A DNA stretch of 64,000 bases from the NCBI GenBank assembly GCA_016179105.1, contig JACOSB010000160.1, forward strand, positions 164 to 64,163. The letters are read 5' to 3'. Numbering within the stretch: the first letter of the stretch is position 1; the number at the start of each line of letters is the position of its first letter. This DNA is from Candidatus Acetothermia bacterium (GTDB taxonomy: Bacteria > Bipolaricaulota > Bipolaricaulia > RBG-16-55-9 > DRXL01). Shown here in pieces: positions 57,025-64,000 of this stretch. The notes beneath the pieces were generated by a model. That model did not search any database, was not told where the DNA came from, and was given only the letters and a program-made list of their open reading frames with translations. A program made the position numbers and the translations under genes.

Positions 57025-57459
57025 GTGCAGGACATAGAAGCGATCAAAGAGATATTGCCACATCGGTATCCGTTCTTGTTGGTCGACCGCGTGTTAGAGA
57101 TGAATGCAACCCAGGTGCGGGCGCTCAAGAACGTGACGATCAACGAGCCTTATTTCGCCGGGCATTTTCCGCAAGAAGCGGTGATGCCCGGCGTCTTGAT
57201 TCTAGAGGGCCTGGCTCAGGCAGCGGGTCTTTTGGTCAGCCAGGGCCGCGCCCAGCTCATCGGGTACTTGGTTGGCGTCGACAAAGCACGTTTTCGCCGC
57301 AAAGTCATCCCCGGAGACCAACTCCTCTATGAGGTGACGGTCACCCGCGAACGTTCAGGCTTTTATCAGATTGAAGCCAAGGCGAGCGTGGATGGCGAGC
57401 TCGCTGCTGAGGCGGTCATTTCCGTCGTTGTCCAGGGTGAAGGGGCTTCTAATTTGTGA
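57025..57459 (+). CDS. fabZ: 3-hydroxyacyl-ACP dehydratase FabZ
   Basis: LPHRYPFLLVDRV..., EPYFAGHFP and GVLILEGLAQ hotdog-fold motifs. Confidence 0.9.
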   Translation: MQDIEAIKEILPHRYPFLLVDRVLEMNATQVRALKNVTINEPYFAGHFPQEAVMPGVLILEGLAQAAGLLVSQGRAQLIGYLVGVDKARFRRKVIPGDQLLYEVTVTRERSGFYQIEAKASVDGELAAEAVISVVVQGEGASNL

Positions 57460-58367
57460 ATCGGTTGATCGAGTGCGTGCCCAACATCAGCGAGGGGCGA
57501 GACGCAAAAAAAATTGAGCAGATCGTCTCTGCTATCAAACAAACTCCCAACGCCGTTTTGCTCGATGTAGATTCCGATCACGATCACAACCGCACGGTGA
57601 TCACTTTTGTCGGCGACGATCTTTCGGTGGAGAAAGCGATTCTCGCTCTTACTGAAAAAGCGATTGCACTCATCGATCTCAACCATCATCAGGGCGAGCA
57701 CCCGCGCATGGGCGCTGTCGACGTCATCCCCTTCATTCCTATCAAAGGCGCAACGATGGAGAACTGTATCGCGCTCGCCCAGCGCGTGGGGAAACAGATT
57801 TGGGAAAAATTTCGTTTTCCCGTTTATCTCTACGAAGAAGCAGCGACCCGCCCCGAGCGTAAAGACCTCTCGAACATTCGCAAGGGCGAGTTCGAGCACT
57901 TCGCGCAGAAAATTCTAGAATCCGATTGGGCCCCAGATTTTGGCGAGCGAAAAATTCATCCGACGGCTGGAGTTGTTGCGGTCGGCGCGAGAATGCCCTT
58001 AATTGCTTTCAACGTCAACCTCGGCACAGATAATTTAGAAATTGCTAAAAAGATCGCCAAGGCCGTCAGGCACTCGGATGGGGGCTTTCGTTTCGTGAAA
58101 GCGCTGGGCTTCGCGCTCGAAGAACGGGGCATCGTCCAAGTCTCGATGAACATGACCAATTACAAAAAAACTCCGCTCTTCCGCGTCTTCGAGATGGTCA
58201 AGCGCGAGGCAGAGCGCTATGGCGTCTCCGTTATTGGAAGTGAGATCGTCGGCTTGGCTCCACAAGAAGCCCTCGATCAGGTCGCAGACTTTTATTTGCA
58301 ACTGGAAGATTTTCAATCCGAACAAATCTTGGAAAACCGATTGGAGCATGCGCAGACGAAAAGTTAA
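57456..58367 (+). CDS. Glutamate formimidoyltransferase (FtcD N-terminal formiminotransferase domain protein)
   Basis: LIECVPNISEGRD start and 303-aa length typical of stand-alone formiminotransferases. Start overlaps the fabZ stop. Confidence 0.8.
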   Translation: MNRLIECVPNISEGRDAKKIEQIVSAIKQTPNAVLLDVDSDHDHNRTVITFVGDDLSVEKAILALTEKAIALIDLNHHQGEHPRMGAVDVIPFIPIKGATMENCIALAQRVGKQIWEKFRFPVYLYEEAATRPERKDLSNIRKGEFEHFAQKILESDWAPDFGERKIHPTAGVVAVGARMPLIAFNVNLGTDNLEIAKKIAKAVRHSDGGFRFVKALGFALEERGIVQVSMNMTNYKKTPLFRVFEMVKREAERYGVSVIGSEIVGLAPQEALDQVADFYLQLEDFQSEQILENRLEHAQTKS

Positions 58368-58379
58368 GGAGGGGATTTA

Positions 58380-58637
58380 ATGATCCAGCTTTTCACCCAA
58401 GATCCCGAGACCAGGGAGCGCGAGCTGTTGGGAGCGATCACCGAAGAGCAATTGCAATTTTTGGTCGACCACCTGGAAGAAGAGTTTGAGGAAGACAAAT
58501 CGTACTATATCGATCACGACACGGCCGACTATTTGCAAGAAACAGGCGCCGACGACGAACTGATCCATCTCTTAGAGAAAGGGTTATTGACAGTAGGTGA
58601 CGAAGAGGGGATCGAGATTGCCTACGAGCGGCATTAG
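58380..58637 (+). CDS. Small acidic hypothetical protein (85 aa)
   Basis: RBS GGAGGGG before ATG. E/D-rich with no recognisable motif. Confidence 0.4.
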   Translation: MIQLFTQDPETRERELLGAITEEQLQFLVDHLEEEFEEDKSYYIDHDTADYLQETGADDELIHLLEKGLLTVGDEEGIEIAYERH

Positions 58638-58776
58638 CTCCTTGCTCTGCCTAATAATCAAAACAACGTTGTCTATCCAAACTTAGTGGAAATTTATTGA
58701 ATCTCAGGCTCGTTTTCTGTTAAGATAGTTTGTCCATTTTGTATCCCAAGGGAAAATGTTTTTTTGAGGTGACCCG

Positions 58777-60747
58777 ATGAAACTGGATGAGATCAAGACG
58801 ATCGCTGTGATTGGCGCCGGCACGATGGGACACGGAATCGCCGAGCTAGCCGCGCTCGCCGGCTACAAAGTGAAGCTCCGTGACATCAATGAAGAAATCG
58901 CCAAAAAGGGCTACGATCAAATCAAATGGAGCTTGAACAAACTGGCTGAGAAGGGCAATTTTGGACTTACTCCCGCGAAGGCCGAGGAAGTCGCCCAGCG
59001 CATCACTCCGCTCGTCGACATCAAAGAAGCCGTCAAAGACGCGGATGTTGTGATCGAGGCTGCCCCCGAGATCATGAAGCTGAAGCTCGAGCTTTATCAA
59101 GAGCTCGACAAGAGCGCACCCAAGCACACTGTACTCGCGTCCAACACGAGCAGCTTGAGCATCACCGATCTAGGCAAGATTACCAAGCGCGCGGGTCAAG
59201 TCGTCGGGATGCACTTTTTCAACCCGCCGGTCAAGATGGCACTCGTCGAAGTCATCAAGGGAGAAAAAACTTCGGAAGAGACGATGAATCTCATCGTCGA
59301 GTTATCGAAAAAGCTTACGCGCACTCCGATTCGCGTCGAGAAAGACGTGCGCGGGTTTATCGTGAACAGAGTTTTGGTTGGCCCTTTTATGTTTGAATCG
59401 GCTTGGATTGCCTCGCGCGGAGACGCAACGATCGATCAAATTGATAGTCGCATGAAGTTCTATGAGAGTTTCCCGATGGGGCCCTTCGAGTTGCAAGACC
59501 TCACGGGCATTGATATTGGGTATCATTTGATGAAAGAAGCGGGCGTCGTGATCCCGCCGGTGATTGAAAATACGGTCAAAGCTGGGAATTTGGGCCGCAA
59601 AACGGGAAAAGGTTTTTACACCTACAAAGACGGTGCTGGAGCCAACTACACACGGGAGGCCGGAGAAAAATTCGATCCGATAGCGATTTACGCACTCATG
59701 GTCAACGAGGCTGCGTGGCTAATTGAGCACAAAGTCTCGACGGCTGATCAGATTGACTTGGCGTGCCAGCTTGGTGCGGGCTTCCCTGAAGGATTGCTGC
59801 GTCGTGCCGATCGCATCGGCGTCGATAAGATTCTCAAATCTCTTGACGAGCACTATGCCAAGTACAAAGAAGAGCGCTACAAGGCGACTCCGTTGCTTCG
59901 CCAGATGGTCGAACAGGGCAAGACGGGCGAAAAAGCTGGTGCTGGTTTCTATGGCTACGAGAAGACGGGCAAAGAGTACAAAGCGCTCAAGGTCGAGATC
60001 GACAAGAACTCAAAAATCGCGTGGGTGATCTTGAATCGCCCGGCGCGCTTGAACGCGATCAACTCAGATATGCGCGCGGAGTTGCCCAGAGTCTTTGAAG
60101 AGCTTCGCTTCAATGATGACGTGCGCGTGATTGTGATCCGAGGCGAGGGCGGACGTGCCTTCAGCGCTGGAGCCGACATCACCGAGTTCGTCGGCGGCAA
60201 GCCCCATCAGTTCGTCGAGCTTGGAGAATTTTTTAGAGCACCGGAGCTTTGCACGAAGCCTGTGATCGCGGCCATTGATGGGTTTGCCCTCGGTGGCGGA
60301 TTGGAACTGGCACTCGCGTGCGATTTCAGAGTCGCGAGCAAGCGCAGCGAAGTCGGTCAGCCAGAAATTTTCTTAGGCTTGATCCCCGGCGGTGGCGGCA
60401 CGCAGCGTCTCACGAGACTCGTTGGACTCTCACGCGCCAAGGAGTTAGTTATGATTGGAGAGCGCGTTAGTGCTGAAAAGGCCTATCAGTATGGGTTAAT
60501 CGATCACATGTATGAGAACGAGAAATTTGAGCAAGAAGTGAAGCTTTTTGCCGAAAAACTCGCGGCTGGCCCACCGATCGCAATTCGTCTTGCGAAGCAA
60601 ATCATGAATGCCGGTGCCGAGTCTCCGCTCGAGGCAGCGCTTCTGATGGAGCGCGAGGCCTTCGGCATTCTCTTTGCCACCGAAGACATGATGGAGGGTG
60701 TGAACTCCTTCTTGATGAAGAAGAAGCCCGAGTTCAAGGGTAGATAA
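58777..60747 (+). CDS. Bifunctional 3-hydroxyacyl-CoA dehydrogenase / enoyl-CoA hydratase (FadB/FadJ-like, with HAD N-terminal and crotonase C-terminal)
   Basis: IAVIGAGTMGHGIAE (NAD-binding) with HFFNPP. C-terminal crotonase ...AIDGFALGGGLELALACDFR.... Confidence 0.9.
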   Translation: MKLDEIKTIAVIGAGTMGHGIAELAALAGYKVKLRDINEEIAKKGYDQIKWSLNKLAEKGNFGLTPAKAEEVAQRITPLVDIKEAVKDADVVIEAAPEIMKLKLELYQELDKSAPKHTVLASNTSSLSITDLGKITKRAGQVVGMHFFNPPVKMALVEVIKGEKTSEETMNLIVELSKKLTRTPIRVEKDVRGFIVNRVLVGPFMFESAWIASRGDATIDQIDSRMKFYESFPMGPFELQDLTGIDIGYHLMKEAGVVIPPVIENTVKAGNLGRKTGKGFYTYKDGAGANYTREAGEKFDPIAIYALMVNEAAWLIEHKVSTADQIDLACQLGAGFPEGLLRRADRIGVDKILKSLDEHYAKYKEERYKATPLLRQMVEQGKTGEKAGAGFYGYEKTGKEYKALKVEIDKNSKIAWVILNRPARLNAINSDMRAELPRVFEELRFNDDVRVIVIRGEGGRAFSAGADITEFVGGKPHQFVELGEFFRAPELCTKPVIAAIDGFALGGGLELALACDFRVASKRSEVGQPEIFLGLIPGGGGTQRLTRLVGLSRAKELVMIGERVSAEKAYQYGLIDHMYENEKFEQEVKLFAEKLAAGPPIAIRLAKQIMNAGAESPLEAALLMEREAFGILFATEDMMEGVNSFLMKKKPEFKGR

Positions 60748-60770
60748 TAAACCATTTATCTCTCTCACAA

Positions 60771-61316
60771 TCAATTAGACATGAGTGCAAGATAGTCTTC
60801 ACGCGTTAGCTGATAACGAATGACCCCAGGCTCAGAGCCTTGTCCGATAAATTTGAATCCATTCTTCTCTAGCACTCGGATAGAAGGCCGCAGCTCCGGC
60901 AATGTCTCAGCGATCACACCCTTTATCATCGAATGCCCGAAAGCCCAGGCAACAAGAGCGCGTACTGCCTCGCTCCCCTACCCCTGCTTGTGAAATCTTT
61001 CTAGCAATGAGTAGCCAATCTCAACCGTGCCGTCGGGAGAAGGCCTGCCCTTGAAGCCACCGCCTCCTATTAAAATATGCTCTTGCTCATTCTCAGAGCG
61101 CAAGATGAAGTACCATAATCCCCAGCCGTTAGCATCCGGATTCTGTGCAAAATAGTCTCGTGCAGATCTCATCGAGTTTTCATCGTTGAGTGGAGGAGGC
61201 CAGTCTGTAACTTGCGCGTTGAGCAACCGGCTAAACTCGTTGAGATCATTGATTTCTGCTTCAGACAATTCTAGATTTCCAGCCACCAACTCTAAGCGTT
61301 CTGTTTTGATGCGCAA
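60771..61316 (-). pseudogene. GNAT-family (RimJ/RimL-like) N-acetyltransferase interrupted by an in-frame TAG stop at 60975-60977
   Basis: N-terminal part ends ...SLLERFHKQG* and continues in the same frame GSEAVRALVAWAFGHSMIKGVIAETLPELRPSIRVLEKNGFKFIGQG..., a classic GNAT C-terminal. The stop replaces the residue before GSEA, which is commonly Y/K/Q. Confidence 0.6.
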
Positions 61317-61508
61317 AGTATTCCCTCTTCCCCAGTCAAGCCATCCGTCCTCTGGCCGTTTCTCTTTTGCCCATAGGGACCCATTTATGCAGCTTCCGCC
61401 AGCGATTGATCCTCAGCCTGATGAGGAAGATGCAGAATTTTCCACTCAGCTCCGCGGTCATTCTTTCTTGGATAATCTTGGCCATGCACTTCTCTTTGCG
61501 TGAAGAGT

Positions 61509-62465
61509 TTAGAATTCTGCCACGAGCTTATCCAGCTTCTTGGCCACTAAGAACGGTAAATAATATCGCGGAGATAAAACTCCACTGGAACGGTATGTCA
61601 CTAGATCACTCTGAACCGTCTTCCAAATGTCATCTCGAACTCGCTCATAATCTGAACGGATTTGACTGAACAAAATCAAAATTGTAAGGTTCAAGATCGT
61701 ACCACCGATAGTCTGGAAATTGGTATGCCCATGAAGAGATGAATTTCTCCACTCATATATCAGGTCGAATGGATCCTTGGTGCTATCTAAAGTAGAAAGG
61801 TGTTTTCGCATCTCGTCCAATTTTGATTTCAAATCTGTATCTGATACGTCTTTATAAAATAGGTGTAGCAAATCTCGAAGACTGCTACACTTCCTTTGAC
61901 TTAGACTAGAGCTATGAGGATCGTATTCCTTCAAATTGCCGCCACGACCTTGCACATTGAATGGTTTTATCACATTCCCGTCATAATCTACATAAGCTTT
62001 GCAAACCTTTTTTAGAATTGCTTCAAGAAGAGGAAGCGATAGATATGCTAAAATCAGATGTGCTTTGAGCATGAATTTTTCATTAAATCCAAGTGGATTG
62101 GTCTGCCTTGACAGAGTAATGCTAGTAATAGAGGCTAGAACACAGGTTTCCAATAGTTCTTGAACATATCGTTCTTCATTAGAAAATGTTCTTGGTAAAG
62201 AAAATAGAAATAATTCTCCAGCCCACGCCCAAAATAATTGATGATCAAGACTAATTACTGTATTCATTCCCTTTAGCAACAATACTTTGCTAAGACTTGT
62301 GCAAGCTATCTGGATTTCCGGATAGTTTAATTCATGAAATTTGATGCCGTTTTTGTGTAGCCGAAATTTTTCTGGATCTTCATGAGAACTACTACTTGAT
62401 CGCTGATAAGCAGCTATCCACGCATCACATAACTGTCTAATCAAATCTTCTCGAGACTGGACCAT
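61509..62465 (-). CDS. Hypothetical protein (318 aa) with no recognisable domains, in an AT-rich (~40% GC) island
   Basis: Continuous ORF in a region whose GC content is about 15-20 points below its flanks. Rich in L/K/S/N. Confidence 0.5.
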   Translation of the reverse strand: MVQSREDLIRQLCDAWIAAYQRSSSSSHEDPEKFRLHKNGIKFHELNYPEIQIACTSLSKVLLLKGMNTVISLDHQLFWAWAGELFLFSLPRTFSNEERYVQELLETCVLASITSITLSRQTNPLGFNEKFMLKAHLILAYLSLPLLEAILKKVCKAYVDYDGNVIKPFNVQGRGGNLKEYDPHSSSLSQRKCSSLRDLLHLFYKDVSDTDLKSKLDEMRKHLSTLDSTKDPFDLIYEWRNSSLHGHTNFQTIGGTILNLTILILFSQIRSDYERVRDDIWKTVQSDLVTYRSSGVLSPRYYLPFLVAKKLDKLVAEF

Positions 62466-62519
62466 AGTTTATTCTCGGGTTTGGTTAGATTAAAAACACG
62501 AACCTTCTTTATAAAGCAA

Positions 62520-62777
62520 TCATGCGTGTTCAATGCCACGTGCATAAGACTCGTTTAACACTCGTATTTCTTCACGGGGCAAGTCAACCAAAATGAAATA
62601 ATCTGCCGGATACAGATAATCTTCTCCGCTCTCGTCGATGACACGCAAATCGCCATCGCGCTCGGCTTCTTTGTCCGGAAGCACGCGATAGATTTTATGC
62701 TTCTCCAACGAGGCAGGATACTCCGAATTATCGATGCAAATTGCGAAGCGGGGAGTAGAAACTTTTCGTGTCGACAT
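62520..62777 (-). CDS. Small hypothetical protein (85 aa), downstream member of a tightly linked two-gene module
   Basis: ORF sits 3 nt after the upstream 78-aa ORF stop. No confident family assignment. Confidence 0.4.
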   Translation of the reverse strand: MSTRKVSTPRFAICIDNSEYPASLEKHKIYRVLPDKEAERDGDLRVIDESGEDYLYPADYFILVDLPREEIRVLNESYARGIEHA

Positions 62778-62780
62778 AAT

Positions 62781-63017
62781 TCAATCTAAGTAGCGCTTGC
62801 GCTTAAACTCTTTTCTGCCGATACCATGTGCTTCGTACCAGTGAATTTCTGCTCGTCGTATGCGACCATTCGCTAAACGAATCATAGCGACTTCTTTGAG
62901 TTTGCGCCAGTGCCCAAGGCCGTACTGTTTTCGCAACCGTGCAACATCTCGAATTGCACTTCCAACCGCAATCATCTCAATCTCAGTGATCTCACTGATG
63001 ATCTCAAAGGATTTCAT
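62781..63017 (-). CDS. Small hypothetical protein (78 aa, basic C-terminus IHWYEAHGIGRKEFKRKRYLD), upstream member of a two-gene module
   Basis: Tightly linked to the 85-aa ORF. Size and arrangement resemble a toxin-antitoxin-like pair. Confidence 0.4.
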   Translation of the reverse strand: MKSFEIISEITEIEMIAVGSAIRDVARLRKQYGLGHWRKLKEVAMIRLANGRIRRAEIHWYEAHGIGRKEFKRKRYLD

Positions 63018-63217
63018 CTGTACTTGCCAGGCAACATCAAATAGCCTTAAGCTCGCTCAGCCGGCCCCGATTTAAAAATCATCAGAGCAATGACATCTTC
63101 GAAGACGCCTCACTTGTGCACGCGCTGACACAAAGTTCTCTCTTCCTACAGCCCAATTCGTTTAAGCGCTTTACCCGATGCTGGATCACGCATCACGTAA
63201 TGCGCATAAATGCGAGT

Positions 63218-63862
63218 CTACTTACTTGATGGTGGCAACAACTGCTCCAAACACTCCATCACCGGCGGCAGCGGCTCCTGCCACAACCACTCTGCCTCAA
63301 ACCAGAAACCCTGCAGCACCGACGAAGTTACTTTACCCGCAGTGATAATCTCCTCTTGATAGCGCCCAGTCGCTTGCCGTCGATCAATGATTATCTTGCG
63401 ATTCTCTGAATCTATAAAAAAGATTTCCCGAATTCCCGCTTCTTGATAAACCTGACGCTTCTCAATCAAATCATACTGCCGCGCCGACTCGGAGAGAATC
63501 TCGACCACTAGATCAGCAGCACCTTCGAATTCTTTCGTCAATGGAGTCGGCACTCGATGTTGTGCCACGAACATAATGTCCGGCGCAAACTTGCGCCCTT
63601 GTGCCAAGCGCATCAAGGTGTTTGGCCCAGTCATGTTGCCTAATCTTTTGGAATCTGCAAAAACCCTCATCAGGCTTGCCAAAAACAATTGAAGGTCGTC
63701 ATGTCTCCACGTCGTCGGCGAGTGCACGATCATCACCCCATCATAGAGCTCAGCCCGAGTCTCTTCGTCCGCCAGCTCTTCAAACTCTTGTTCAGTGATG
63801 CCGAACAAGCGCACCAAGAAGGGCTGACGAACCTCGCGATCTCGAAGCACAAAATGCGCCAT
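63218..63862 (-). CDS. Uma2-family (DUF820) putative restriction-endonuclease-like protein, second copy in the window
   Basis: ...ELYDGVMIVHSPTTWRHDDLQLFL...PDIMFV...ADLVVEILSESARQYDLIEKRQVYQEAGIREIFFID carries the Uma2 PD-(D/E)xK signature. Confidence 0.8.
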   Translation of the reverse strand: MAHFVLRDREVRQPFLVRLFGITEQEFEELADEETRAELYDGVMIVHSPTTWRHDDLQLFLASLMRVFADSKRLGNMTGPNTLMRLAQGRKFAPDIMFVAQHRVPTPLTKEFEGAADLVVEILSESARQYDLIEKRQVYQEAGIREIFFIDSENRKIIIDRRQATGRYQEEIITAGKVTSSVLQGFWFEAEWLWQEPLPPVMECLEQLLPPSSK

Positions 63863-64000
63863 ACCATCTATCCTTTCCCAACTACTCTAGCGCAGGAAAT
63901 TTACCTAAGCAAGTGAAAAATGGGAGTACGATCTCAAAGAGGTCCAAGACTGCTCTGGGGCAGTGATGAAAACGCCCATTTTCGTCTCAGGCAGAAGATG

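Noticed and set aside
1-64000. Integrase, transposase, phage or CRISPR-Cas components
   Set aside because: None found by motif inspection. The accessory character of the 5' region and 3' island rests on repeats, TA modules and GC skew only.

Overview
This 64-kb window is bacterial. It carries dnaN, lspA, bamA, skp, livGFHM and dnaB, tRNAs with encoded CCA, and Shine-Dalgarno sites. GC is moderately high (about 55-60%) apart from a few AT-rich pockets. Genes run in blocks on both strands, and about 85 features are called.

Main content, 5' to 3':
(1) 1-10.5 kb, an accessory secreted-protein locus. It holds a LamG/GEVED-like/DUF11 surface protein, a 148-aa secreted protein, a parallel beta-helix protein and a subtilisin. 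Three of these genes and one orphan remnant share a near-identical RBS plus signal-peptide 5' module, and a GC-rich hairpin 3' flank follows three of the genes. The locus also holds a degenerate duplicate of a gene 3' end, and embedded toxin-antitoxin modules: DUF433, vapBC, and a vapB next to a frameshifted vapC remnant.
(2) 10.5-12.4 kb, a putative divergent sigma-like / zf-HC2 anti-sigma-like trio. One ORF is interrupted in frame by a palindromic repeat.
(3) Core genes ndk, dnaN, tmk, lspA and an aminotransferase, then tRNA-Glu, tRNA-Ser and tRNA-Arg.
(4) A copper-handling cluster. It has a His-rich HSD-repeat protein, two CopC proteins, a CopC-CopD-cytochrome c tripartite fusion and a DUF3105 protein.
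(5) A minus-strand operon with archaeal-type genes: a FAU-1-like RNase with DUF402, an HD hydrolase, an archaeal-type NMN adenylyltransferase and an Rdx/SelW-like CxxC protein. A TrmY-like SPOUT methyltransferase, pyrF, a ZIP transporter and two Uma2 nucleases lie nearby.
(6) A 2416-aa hybrid histidine kinase with 10 tandem GAF domains. These show near-identical nucleotide repeats. PAS, HisKA/HATPase and two REC domains follow. Translationally coupled downstream are an Hpt protein and a REC-class III nucleotide cyclase, giving a complete phosphorelay to a cyclic-nucleotide output.
(7) Metabolic and core genes: thiolase, nitrilase-family, OsmC, FMN hydroxy-acid dehydrogenase, dnaB, livGFHM, yraN, comM, bamA with two skp, fabZ, formiminotransferase and fadB-like.
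(8) A 3' AT-rich island. It holds a GNAT gene with an in-frame TAG, a 318-aa ORFan, two small coupled genes and a Uma2 nuclease.

Two dispersed repeat families were found by eye. One is palindromes with GTAGGGGC...GCCCCTAC outer stems, in 4 copies. The other is a roughly 50-nt element with three CGCCAAG heptads, in at least 5 copies. No CRISPR array, integrase or transposase was seen.
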